The notes under the pieces: generated by a model
Seen by the model: the letters and a program-made list of their open reading frames with translations, nothing else
The model's database searches: none
What the model was told of the DNA's origin: nothing
Shown: one piece after another, positions 52,212 through 64,000 of the stretch
Layout of the letters: each line of letters starts with the position of its first letter
Position numbering within the stretch: the stretch's first letter is position 1
Assembly (NCBI RefSeq): GCF_006345805.1
Contig: NC_043003.1
Coordinates: forward strand, 42,470,001 to 42,534,000
DNA: 64,000 bases
From: Octopus sinensis
Lineage: Eukaryota
Direction: 5' to 3'
Position numbers and translations under genes: made by a program

Positions 52212-52610
52212 TGTGTGTGTGTGTGTGCATATACGGGTACATGACGTCATCAACTGTACAAACAACATGAAAAATGTAAACAGATGAGTTAAATACGTAA
52301 GCAACGAAAGAAAAAAGTGGGAAACTGGACAAGAAAACAGAGAGAAAGGACCCTTCATCTTTTGTCGGCTGTCTATCTACTCTTCATTTCGAGCATTCAT
52401 CGACAATATGAGTCTTCAAAGATATTCTAAAACAAAATTTAGGATTTATGGAGGGTCAAAGTTGGGAATAAAAACAGGATAGTGGAGACATATGAGGAAA
52501 CCGAACGAAAACAAGCATGGAGGGACGGTAGAGCAGAACGAGAAGAAAATAGTGAACGCTGGGAGAAATATTTTATTTGAAAAGAGAAAAGAAAAGAGAG
52601 AGAAAAAACA
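51820..52610. repeat. Long inverted repeat (arms about 330 and 385 bp) around a (TA)n(GT)n core, probably PLE pLTR-derived
   Basis: 51820-52148 matches the reverse complement of 52226-52610 (e.g. CCCAACTTTGACCCTCCATAAATCC / GGATTTATGGAGGGTCAAAGTTGGG); contains CTGATGAAGGG. Confidence 0.8.
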
Positions 52611-52625
52611 TGTTATATACATATA

Positions 52626-52658
<33 letters not shown>

Positions 52659-52721
52659 AATATATCTATAGATATATTATATATATACATTTATATATAT
52701 ACATGTATTATTATTATTATT

Positions 52722-53226
52722 ATTCAGTATTATATTTATATATCGGTTTCACTCACTTCACTACCGAGCGCAGATCTGTGCGCCTGGTATGTGCTGTGAT
52801 TTGTTTTGATGCTGGCTGATGGTTATTGTATGGAAAGTGTTCTGCGTAGGATGTGTGCAGTGCCTAGTATTGCAATTTTCTGTATGTTATATGTGTTTTG
52901 TAAGTCCTGGTGTTTTGTTATATATATTTGTCTGAATATTTTATTATTATTATTATTATTTTATTACTATTACTATTATTATTCAGTGTATATTTTATAT
53001 ATCGTGCTTTCACTTCACTTACCGAGCGCAGATCTGTGCGCCTTGGTATGTGCTGTGATTTGTTTTGATGCTCTGATGGTTATTGTATGGAAAGTGTTCT
53101 GCGTAGGATGTGTGCAGTGCCTAGTAGTGCAATTTTCTGTATGTTATATGTGTTTGTAAGTCCTGTGTTTTTTTGTTATAATATTTGTCTGAATATTTTA
53201 ATTAATTATTATTATTATTATTATTA

Positions 53227-53269
<43 letters not shown>

Positions 53270-53305
53270 TAGTTTTATTTTATAGCGTGCTTTCATTTCA
53301 CTTTA
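52722..53305 (-). mobile_element. Tandem 3' ends of an R4/Dong-like LINE in an (ATT)n tract
   Basis: Two copies of about 220 bp (52722-52940, 52981-53198) and a 40-bp stub. The minus strand encodes YNIQKIA(I/L)LGTAHILRRTLSIQ*, then a 3' UTR stem-loop GCGCACAGATCTGCGC and a (TAA)n tail. Confidence 0.75.
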
Positions 53306-53334
53306 TTATTATTATTATTATTATTATATTATTA

Positions 53335-53375
<41 letters not shown>

Positions 53376-53377
53376 AC

Positions 53378-54266
53378 TCATATGTACAGAATTATATATA
53401 TACTAGCGGGATCAGTGAATATTTCACGGAATTAATTGTAAACCTACTGGGTTATGTCTGTAAACTTTGTCAAAATCGCCTGAAAGCCTAGTCTGTGTTG
53501 TGTCTGTGTGGAAAGATCGTTGGTTATCTGCGACTCATTGAAATTGGAATAAGATAATTACCCAATGCACTTTATAACTGAACTTTATACAATTTATACG
53601 CAATTTTATAGACTTATTACACAGTACTCATAAAATAAATATTCGCTATTATTGTTCCATTTTTCCCAGAAACAAAAAAATATCACGTACGTATGATACC
53701 CTCTCTAGTTAAATTGCATGTATCTGCCGCTTAAATATGCGTGAATATTTTGCGGAAATGCACTTATGAGCGGGCGTTAAGTGATAGGTGATATAAACAA
53801 AATGAGTTCAATTAAAAAGATATCCTTGTCACTATCCAATCACCACCACTACCATCTCCACCTCCATTTCCACCCTCACCCCACCACCACCACCATTTAC
53901 GGGATATAAGCACACAGGAGCATGGACTCAGAAGACGACGTCCCATTTCACTTCAAGCGACTTCAAGTTCCAGTGAATTTCAGTTTAGCTATGACCGTCA
54001 ACGTATCGCAAGGATAAAACTTTTAGGTTGACATTTTACATCTTTCAGAGCCCTGCTTCTCCTATGGTCAGCTTTACTTTTCAAATTGGAAATAAAAGAA
54101 AAAATTTTAAACGATTGTACCAAATGGAAAAGTGAAAGACTTCGTTTATCGAGATATTTTACATTGCCCCACGTAATGAGGAAACACGTCCAGAGGAAAC
54201 AAAAACTTGAAATAAAGGCATTCTATTGTGAAAATTGCTCAGCAACGACGGGGGTTACACCGCTAT
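53378..54266 (+). mobile_element. Non-autonomous Helitron with a helicase C-terminal remnant
   Basis: 53937-54077 reads DVPFHFKRLQVPVNFSLAMTVNVSQG*NF*VDILHLSEPCFSYGQLY (Pif1-like motifs V-VI); 3' end GCAACGACGGGGGTTACACCGCTA resembles a degenerate CTAG terminus; the 5' boundary is uncertain. Confidence 0.65.
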
Positions 54267-54398
54267 ATATATATATTATATTATATATATTAAAGTTTAA
54301 TCCAAACAAGAAAACAAAAAGACAACAACGCAAGGATGTGGAACAATAAAGTATTATTGGCGCTCAGAAAGAAGGGAAGAAACAAAGATAGATAGATT

Positions 54399-54445
<47 letters not shown>

Positions 54446-54460
54446 TACATATTCTATATA

Positions 54461-54498
<38 letters not shown>

Positions 54499-54520
54499 AT
54501 ACATATATATACATATATAT

Positions 54521-54759
54521 ATCTGTAAAGTAATAGTGGCAATTATTGGGTAGCCAAGATTATCCGGTTGCCAAGATAAAACTCCGCCACCATCTCTTCA
54601 GTTATCCGGATAACTGAAGAGATGGTAGCGTGGATTTCCACTTCGGCATCCGAAACTCGAAGTTTTATTTTGGCTACCGAATAATTGTCACCTATTAATT
54701 TTACAGATAAATTCCTCTATTTACATAATATCGAGGTCTTTTTCTTTCTTTTGTTATCT

Positions 54760-54760
<1 letters not shown>
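54521..54760. mobile_element. Solo fold-back pLTR of another PLE family, within (TA)n
   Basis: 54521-54607 is the inverted counterpart of 54608-54708; central 38-bp perfect palindrome 54589-54626; hammerhead core in the right arm. Confidence 0.7.
54610..54668 (+). ncRNA. Type I hammerhead ribozyme motif with extended stem II
   Basis: AUAA CUGAAGA GAUG-(GUAGC GUGGA UU UCCAC UUCGG)-CAUC C GAAA C UCGAA GU U UUAU. Confidence 0.55.
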
Positions 54761-54809
<49 letters not shown>

Positions 54810-55030
54810 TCGATATGCAAGATTCTTGATGTGAATTCGTGTGTTGAAACAGATATTGTTGCCTTTGGGGATGGTCATGTTGTCAGTTTAGCCAATAGAA
54901 ACACACGTACTATATATTTGGTGTTCACCTGCTTCAGCATAATTTTATATGAATTGTATTTCGTTCGGCAATCTTAGAGCCAAAGCGTGTGTTTTTACTG
55001 GTTAAACTCGCAACAAGACCATACCCAAGT

Positions 55031-55126
<96 letters not shown>

Positions 55127-55840
55127 AGTATATATACTATATCTATATATGCACGTATATAACTATATATACATATATGTATGGTATATATTTTTGTATA
55201 TATATGTATTTACATACGTACATACATACATACATGCATACCACAAACACACACACCACATATATATATATATACACACAAGCGCACACACATACATGTC
55301 ATGCAATTAACGATATATTTTATACTATCAAGTCATATTATAGCATATTCCTTGTAATGATATTTGACATTATACTTAGTTTTACACAGTAAATGACTAA
55401 AGTTTAAAATAGAAAGGTTTCTTCTTTTTCCTACCTCTTTGAGAAATCAGTACAATTATCAGACGCTGTCTATTTCTGGATTCTTGTGTTTCCTTGCCAA
55501 ACTAATGGCCAACAGACAAACATGAGATATCAAGAAACATGACCATTCCTTAAAGAGAAGTCTATAAAAACATCGAATAGTTACTAGAGAAACAAGAAGA
55601 AGGATACAAAAACGCTACAACAACAACGACATTATCAATAAGAGCAACAATATATAAATGAGAGAGGAATCAACAACATGGTAAATAACAGCGAGAACAA
55701 CATACGAGGCAACATAATTGCTATTTCGGTCTTTTGCATTGAGTTGTTTCCATGAAACGTTATATTTTAGTTTTACCAGAGATAATTATGATCTACTATT
55801 TGATTAGTTCACCTTCCCGTATGTGCTTATTGTATGTACA

Positions 55841-55881
<41 letters not shown>

Positions 55882-55913
55882 AGTATGTATGTATGTATAT
55901 ATGTATGTATATA

Positions 55914-55963
<50 letters not shown>

Positions 55964-55975
55964 GCATATATGTAG

Positions 55976-56029
<54 letters not shown>

Positions 56030-56052
56030 TATGTATGCATATATGTATTATA

Positions 56053-56093
<41 letters not shown>

Positions 56094-56309
56094 TGTATGT
56101 ATGTATGCATATATGTATATTATATATAGATATATATATATATATATATATAATATATATTTACAGTAGATAATTAGATAATAATAGATAGATGATATGA
56201 TATAGATACTATAATATATATATATATCTTATATAGATACAGATATGTATATATATATAAATATACATACATACACGTATTCATATATACATATACATAC
56301 GTAATATCT

Positions 56310-56658
56310 ATCTATAACCCCCATCTACATACTACATATATATATATTATATATATGCATGTTTGATGTGTGTTTGCATGTATCTTTGTGTGGATATATG
56401 TGTATATATATAATATATATATATATATGTATCCTATATATATATGTATATATACATATATAATAATACATGCATATAGACATGACCCCCCCCCCCAAGA
56501 CATATAAGTATATATAATTATATAAATGCCTATATACGTGTATGGATATGCACACACACACACACATATAATATATCTATGTGTGTGTGTGTATGTATAA
56601 TATATATATATGTATATATATAAAATCTCAATCTATCGCCTCTTCTTTTCTTACTATG

Positions 56659-56693
<35 letters not shown>

Positions 56694-56860
56694 ATATATA
56701 TGTATATACATATATATGTGTATATATATTGTACATGTATGTACATGCATATACACATGCCCCCCCACACCCAAGACATATAAGCGTATATAATTATATA
56801 AATGCCTATATACGTGTATGGATATACACACATATACATGCCTCTTTCACTCTCTTTCTT
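56310..56860. repeat. About 275-bp direct tandem duplication in AT/CA low-complexity DNA
   Basis: CCCAAGACATATAAG(T/C)...AATGCCTATATACGTGTATGGATAT occurs at about 56495 and 56770. Confidence 0.75.
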
Positions 56861-57257
56861 TCCCTCTAATTACATATGTGTGTATACACAGACATTCACA
56901 CACACAGTCACATGTATCAATGTATATGTTAGATGAGAGCTTATAATTTTAACTAATAGTACTGATATTTAAAATATACCAAATCAAATTAAAACAACCA
57001 ATTAATGTATACAGTATAAATAGCTCCTATTTTCTGTATAACTATTTACTTTAATAGATCCGTATATTCTTTTGAAATCTGCCAGTTTCCAATAGCATTT
57101 TCCTAATTTTGATAGGTACTTTAATGGCCATAACTAAATATTATAGTATATTGAAACTCACACACACATTATATATATACATACATACATATATACATAC
57201 ATACATACATAAATACATACATACGTACATACATACATACATACATAAATACATACA

Positions 57258-57305
<48 letters not shown>

Positions 57306-57325
57306 CATATATACACACAAATATA

Positions 57326-59056
57326 TCTGATATATATAAATCACAATATGTGTGTGTATAACGACTAACGAATGCATTTTTACAATTCTCAGCCGATTTC
57401 TTCCACACTTTACTTACACACTGAAGTTATGTTCCCAGGATGGTCATGTACTATAACATTTTGCCCAGAACTCCCGCAAAAATGGACGTAAGTGAACATA
57501 GCTTTTTGTATGCAGGGTCTTCCATACTTATAAAAATATTTTTATAAAAGTGAAAGAATTTTGTCTATTTATTTACTTCGACTATCCACCTGCGAGGTGA
57601 CCCAGTTAGGAGACAAGACCTGGAAGTTGTTATTTTGTTTTCATGTAACTAAATGTTTATTTCAATTTAAAAGATTTTCCAAATTCGTTTTATGTACATA
57701 GTTTTTTTGTATGTAGGGTTTTACATACTTTTTTTTATCTATACGTTGCAGTAGAGAATATTCTTTTTCGTTGTTACCACATTTTAAAAATTTATTATTT
57801 ATTTGTAGGTTATAATTCAGTATTATTACTGTCTATATATTCCCATATGTGTATTTCGGTGTATTGTTTCAGTTTTGTTTAGAGAATGTTATAAAAGTGA
57901 AAGGATGTTATCTATTTATTTATTTCGACTTTCCACTTGTGACTGTGATAAAATTGACTAGGAACACTCTACGTATTTAAACTGCATCAAACTTTGGCAA
58001 GCTTACCTTTACCTATTCTGGATTACTCGAAAGGTGATATTCCATTTCCTCTCTTCTATTTGTTAATATATTTGTTTACCTACAAATGCGTTGTTTCACT
58101 TTAAGGATGCTTATTTACTCAACCATTATATTGCGACTGTTGTCCACTGTTTCAAATACGTTTTAGTATTGAGGTTCTAGCCTTTTTTAAACAATTACAT
58201 AAGATTCGTCCCAAAGAATCAACCTATAAATAAGAGTTTTGTTTCCACTAGCGAAAGCTATACGTATCTTTCACAAAGCTCCATACCAATTTCCCTTTAT
58301 ACGGTTCTATGTGAGAAAACGAAATAAAGGGACTTTTGTTAGCTTATAATAGAATAGATAATCACTTGGGACACTAAGACCCATTTTCCTTTTGCAGATA
58401 ATACAAGCATGCCACCTAAAAAGAGAGCACGCATTAGCAGAAAGTCTTCTGCAGCGGTAAGGCAGCAGCGCTGACAGGCTAAGGAAACTGAGGACCAGAG
58501 GTCTTATAGATTGTTGAAAAGAGCTGCCGCTGCTAGACCTGCAACTACTCCAGAACAGCGTGGAACCTATCGTTTACCTGCTGCTGAAGCAAGCGCCGCA
58601 GAAACCCCAAAGGAATTACACGGTATATGTCTGTAATATGTCCATTTTTCAAGGTCCACAAGTGGGTTGGAGAATCCAATATCCTATGCTGCTCAAATAG
58701 AACGGTTCACTTGCCTGACCTGCAAAACACTTCTCAGCCATTCCTCTCTTTATTACTTGGTTAAAACTCTGATTCGCAATTTATACAGAAAATTCGCGCT
58801 TCCAGATGACAAGTTTCAGTCACAGACTCATTCATGAAAACTCCTATATGCCAACGTTCAAAATTCAGGGTCAAAACTATCATCGGATAGGTTCTATTTT
58901 TCCTGTAAACAACGCTGAACACCGATTCCTTCAAATTTACTTCATGGGTGACACCACCGAGCAAAGGGCTCGCTGAGCTCAGGTGGCACCTGGCACAAAG
59001 TGAAAAAATACAACCAAAGCAACTTAAACCGCCCAGCGGACGGGTGCGTTTGCTAG
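57326..59056 (+). mobile_element. Internally deleted Helitron with both termini
   Basis: 5' A|TC TGATATATATAAATC; 3' hairpin CGCCC-AGCGGAC-GGGTG then CTAG|T at 59053-59057; contains the RepHel N-terminus. Confidence 0.8.
58409..58976 (+). pseudogene. Helitron RepHel N-terminal region, disrupted
   Basis: MPPKKRARISRKSSAA..., CPF...KWVGES..LCCSN, FQMTSF...YMPTFKIQGQNYHRIGSIFP...FLQIYFMGD (Helitron-like N domain); stops and frameshifts. Confidence 0.85.
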
Positions 59057-59554
59057 TGTATATATATATAAGAAAAAAAATATATATATATATATACATA
59101 TATATGTGTGTGTGGTGTGTGTGTATGTATATGTCTATATAATATATATATATATATATAATATATATATATATATCCTTTGTGTGGTGTATACACACAC
59201 ATAGAGAGTGTGTGTGTATGTGAGATGCATATGTAGATAGATAGATAGACAGATCTATGTGTGTATATTTTTGTGCTAGAATAGTTTTAAGTTATATAGA
59301 CAAGTCACTATAAATATACTTAGCTAAATAATTTTATTCAACTACAAAATCAATTGTCGATCGCACAACACTGTTAGTTTCACCTCAATGATTAATCTTC
59401 ATTATCTGAATTACTGAGATAAAAGCAAAGGAAGGGAAAATTCAATTTCCAATAATCCTTGGTTCCTTCTCATTGAGTTTGTGTTTTACTTTTGCATGGG
59501 TTATATACATATATATTTACCCGAACACACACACTCAAACAAATACACACATTA

Positions 59555-59768
59555 AGGTGACAAGCTGGCAGAATCGTTAGCCCGCCGGGAAAAATCCTTA
59601 GCGGCATTTCGTCTGTCTCTACATTGTGAGCCCAAGTTCCGTTGAGGTCGACTTCGCCGTCCATTCTTTCGGAGTCGATAAAATAAATAGTATTTGAGCA
59701 CTAAGGTTGATTTAATTGCCTATCCGTTTCCACCCAAATTTCAGCCCTTGTGCCTATTTTAGAAAGAT
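59555..59768 (+). mobile_element. SINE family B, old monomer
   Basis: AGCTGGCAGAATCGTTAG...CATTTCGTCTGTCTCTAC...GAGTCGATAAAATAAA...AAATTTCAGCCCTTGTGCC. Confidence 0.8.
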
Positions 59769-60364
59769 ATCTGTTTGTTTTCTACACCACCAGTCTTCGT
59801 CTTTTGTTTTTGTGTGTGTGTGTGTGAATTCTCCCCATATATCACACGCTCACGTGATCGCACCAGTTGATCCTGTCTCCTCTCATCACCCACAAACCTC
59901 TCCACTGGACTTTCTACCTTTCTACCCTTTACGGATTCTCGTTTGGACTTTCTACTCTCCGGCTGCATCTCTCCTGCCTATGGATTACTCTGGATTCTTC
60001 TGTTGATGAAAAATCGCTCCAATACACCAAGACGTTCAAAGCTTTTTAACTTTTTGAACTTTACGTAAAACTATTATTATTGTTTTTTTATACTTTCTAA
60101 ACTTTCCTGTACTTTCTGTTCTTTCCTTTTGTCGTTTCTCTTGTGTGACCCTTCTGCCCGGCATTCGCCATGATAGATCACTAGCCACTACACACATTTT
60201 TTTTTCTCTCCTTGTTTCTTTCTGTGTTCCTTTCTGTGGAAGAGCGCAGGCTCGAAACGTTAAAGCCTTTTTCAATTCCCGAGCGTTATACGAATACATC
60301 TGTTTGTTTTCTACACCACTTGTCTTCGTCTTTTGTTTTTTTCTTGTGAATTCTCCCTGTATAT
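59769..60364 (+). mobile_element. Non-autonomous PLE derivative, about 530-bp unit with terminal direct repeat and one hammerhead
   Basis: ATCTGTTTGTTTTCTACACCAC...GTCTTCGTCTTTTGTTTTT...GTGAATTCTCCC at 59769 and 60298; no RT; pLTR shared with PLE2. Confidence 0.75.
60230..60265 (+). ncRNA. Minimal type I hammerhead-like motif, CUGUGGA core
   Basis: CUUU CUGUGGA A GAGC-GCAG-GCUC GAAA CG UU AAAG. Confidence 0.6.
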
Positions 60365-60474
60365 ATGTGTGTGTGTGCGTGTGTGGGTGTGTGCGTGTAT
60401 ATGTGTGTGGTGTATATATATATATATGTTTGTGTATATACATATTTTGTATGTATAGATAATATATATATATA

Positions 60475-60508
<34 letters not shown>

Positions 60509-61878
60509 CATACTTATAAACATACTCGTACGCAATTACGTCGGTTCTATCACATTGAAACACCATCTCTGTAAGCGATTTTTAATCAGGTGAAAAATAT
60601 AGTCGGGAAGGGAGTTTGTGATGGGAATTCAAACATTCTATTGGGAAAATTGATTTTAGGTTATGAAATTCTTTATCATTATCTGCACGGCTTTCATAAG
60701 ATTATTTTCTTAATTTACATTTTAAATATGTTAAAAGTAGATTAATATGAAACTCGTGTTTCCAAACAATATATCGTATTATATTAATTTTTCTCCTATG
60801 TGTGTGAAATCTGGATGGCAAACTGGTAAAGGGTTTTGTGAGGAAACATTGTTGTACACCACCACAAAATATCTGTCAGATGTATTCAAGCATTTAACAG
60901 GTAACACATGGCAACGTTTCAAGTTTTCTTGAGAACTTGAACACTAATCCTGTTTGTATCTCTTTAAGATTATGTCTTTCATATTTGACTGGTTTCAAAA
61001 CTTACGGAACCGGATCCGGTTTCCTTTCTGGCTTTTTACATCCGGTCACTTATCGGTGGAATTATGGTGGAAATAATAGTTTTTATTTGTGTTTCCTTAT
61101 ATTTCCAACTTAGCTATCGACAATGATAATATTGTCTTTTCTATTTCAAGTTCTATACTATAAAATACCAGGGAAACACTGCGTTGTTTATTTCCTACAT
61201 TCGGTAGCCTTTTGTGAATGTTAAAAGTCCTTACGCTTATTAATATTTAACAGGCAGAATCAAAATGCTTAGCGACATTTATTCCGGACCTTTACGAACC
61301 AATTTCAAACCAAACTCTATCGGCGTTACCTTTCTTCGATATCGTTATTGACACGAAGAGGGGTAACAATTTGTATTTCAGAAAATATCTTGCCCAGGTT
61401 AGCGATTTAGAGAGGGCAGATATTTAGACCGTTCTATACCATGAACAGATGCTCATGGATCATACTTTCAATGTGATACTTGTTGACACTGTCTAATTTT
61501 CACAAGTAGCATCGATCGATAGAATTTTGGCACACTTTAACTCTATTTTGGCAACTGCAGTTTAGCAGGCAGGTCGTTGGAATCAACTACAAAATTGATC
61601 AATAAAATAGAATGTAATGGCAAATTTGTGTCGAGTCAAATTGATAAAGTTTGGTCATTTATGAACCGTTCACTTGATAAACAAGCATGAAACTCAGAGT
61701 AGCGACAAGATGATTGTGGTATATCTAGTAATTGAACGAATGTATTATATATAAATACATATTTAATGTCTGCTCTCTTATTCTTCGGAATACACTTTCC
61801 ATATGTATGCGGTGTTTCTGTGTATGTGTATGTGTGTGTGAATGCTTGTGTGCGTTTGTGCGTGTGCTTATGTTTGCG

Positions 61879-61916
<38 letters not shown>

Positions 61917-61942
61917 GCATGTATGTACGCATATGTACATAT

Positions 61943-62007
<65 letters not shown>

Positions 62008-63511
62008 GTACACACACACAAACACACACACAACACACACATATATATAGAATCCATATATGTCTTTTACATTTTATATGTTGCATATATACATACATAT
62101 GCATGTGTATGTATGAGTGCGTATTTCTGAGTATTTGCGTATGTGTGTGTGTGTGTGTGTGTGTATGCTTGTGCAAAATATTATATATTACGCACAAACA
62201 TACTAATTGAATGTGTCCATGTAATGGCTTCCATGTATCCTGTCCCTATTTAAATTTCGCACATGGAACCAGATTGTACGACGATAGTTTTGTCTATCAC
62301 TGTTTCTGCAACAGTTTTAGTTAAAATCATAATTAAAACATACAATCCATATTTTATCCATATATCGAATAAAATCCAAATTCTATCAACATTTATCATT
62401 TAAATTATACACCACCCTTACCAAACAACAATGATGATAATAATAATAATAATCATAATCATAATAATAATATCGTTAATCATACTTACATGTACGTAAC
62501 ATATCTTTCCTTTTCTCATCGCATACTCCGATACAATAACCCAAACACCTGAGCACACATACCTACAAATTCACATACGCACTTTTATTCTCTTCCCGCC
62601 AGCGAGTCATTAATTTAATATTTAATCATAAAACAAACGATGTTTCTTTTCAGGCACAATTCCTTGACACTAAACTTTCTCGTTATCTCTATTACCAGAA
62701 ACTGTCAGAAATATTTAAAGCGTTACTGTAACATAGAATTAAGTGACTCAATTTCTAATTTGCTTTATCTTGTTAAATTCATAATTTAAAATTTTGTTGG
62801 TATTAATTATATTAAGAGACGTTCACACATTGAAACTGTCTTGGTTATAATGATGGTTTGGTAGATAAGATTACTGAAATTTTAACATGAAAGGTGTAGT
62901 ATTCATTTTTGCTAGAACAACTTAATATCAACTGACGACACATATTTCATATAACATGAAGCGAGCAAGCGAAGGAGACTGAGCAGAATAACTCAACATG
63001 CAAGAAACCACAGCTAAGTGTCTCTCAAAATTACACTTTGATGCCATTAAAAGGAAAGACATATTGGTTAAAGTAGACAGAGAAAAACAACACCTAAGAG
63101 AGTTATATGCAGTGGCGTAGCTAGTGTGCTGTTTCAGTTAGCGAAGTTGACTACCATCCCAGTCCAAGAAATACGGCTTGTACTGCCTTGTATAGAAGAC
63201 CCAAAAGTGGCTCGCTCGTCAAAGTGTGGATCTGGGCAGACTGCACCCAAAGCTACGATACAAGGATATACATGGAGATAACATTTTGTCATACAACTGG
63301 TCTTTTACAGTTCAGCTGGAGCTACACAGGACAATAATATCGACGAAAACTTCTTTGATCAAGATATATTTAAAACTGTTAATATGTATATATATACTTA
63401 TTTACTACCTACCTACATCACTACTTACCTTTATAGATTTCCTTTTATAAGTTTTCAACTAATACACGTGTTGGATAAGTTTTGCTCATAGACTTTTTAA
63501 TTATTTTTTTT

Positions 63512-63937
63512 AACTAAACAGTTTAAAACTTCGCATACTGGCGTAATTTCTCAAGCTTAAAACAGCTAGCTTTCAGCATTTTTGACAAAATTTCGTATTT
63601 TAGAAGTAATTTCGTGTTAAAATTGTCGTATTTGGGTAATTTTAACCAATCAACGACGTGTATTTAGCTGAAGAAAGCTACTGCTGTATGCGATAAAAAA
63701 AAGGTGTAATACACTACACAGGCAGTAAACAAAAATAAAATAGAACAGAGTGGTGACATTTAGTAGGGATGACCCGGAAGTTGTTGCTCTTCGCTTTCTA
63801 TCGCATATACTAGTAGCATACGACAAGTTTAACACGAAATATCTTCTAAAATACGAAATTTTGTCAGAAATGTTGAAAGTCAACCGTGTTTAGCGTGAGA
63901 AACTACGCCAGTATACGAAGTTTCAAACTTTTTAGTT
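63512..63937. mobile_element. MITE or fold-back DNA element with about 117-bp TIRs
   Basis: 63512-63628 matches the reverse complement of 63821-63937 (AACTTCG(C/T)ATACTGGCGTA..., GACAAAATTTCGTATTTTAGAAG); superfamily not determined. Confidence 0.8.
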
Positions 63938-64000
63938 AAAAACAAAAACAAGAAAATTAATTCTGTGATCAAAATTGAAAAGATCCCATTTGTTTAAACT

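Noticed and set aside
63109-63260. CAGTGGCGTAGCTAG, DNA-transposon-like terminus
   Set aside because: The opposite end matches only AGCTACG; insufficient support.

Overview
AT-rich, microsatellite-saturated animal genomic DNA. The repeat families and composition suggest an octopus or other coleoid cephalopod (inference). No host protein-coding gene can be supported, and almost all ORFs in the track are low-complexity artefacts. The window is a layered mobile-element landscape. It holds two decayed Penelope-like elements (PLEs, RT plus GIY-YIG; 31.6-33.7 kb and 36.9-40.2 kb) and several non-coding PLE terminal-repeat (pLTR) derivatives. It also holds two or three Helitron derivatives, R4/Dong-like and RTE LINE remnants, two MITEs and at least three tRNA-derived SINE families (my labels A, B, C). 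Two things stand out. (1) At least four unrelated PLE terminal repeats carry minimal type I hammerhead ribozyme folds with palindromic stem III. These include a U3:A8 covariant, a CUGUNGA (A6U) variant in three dispersed copies, solo fold-back units with no ORF, and a roughly 530-bp retrozyme-like unit. (2) SINE B occurs as head plus 1-3 tandem 184-bp bodies with an invariant junction at independent loci, and its 3' ends fall at variable, microhomology-defined points, suggesting retrotransposition from concatemeric RNA. All calls were made by eye; coordinates of degenerate copies are approximate.
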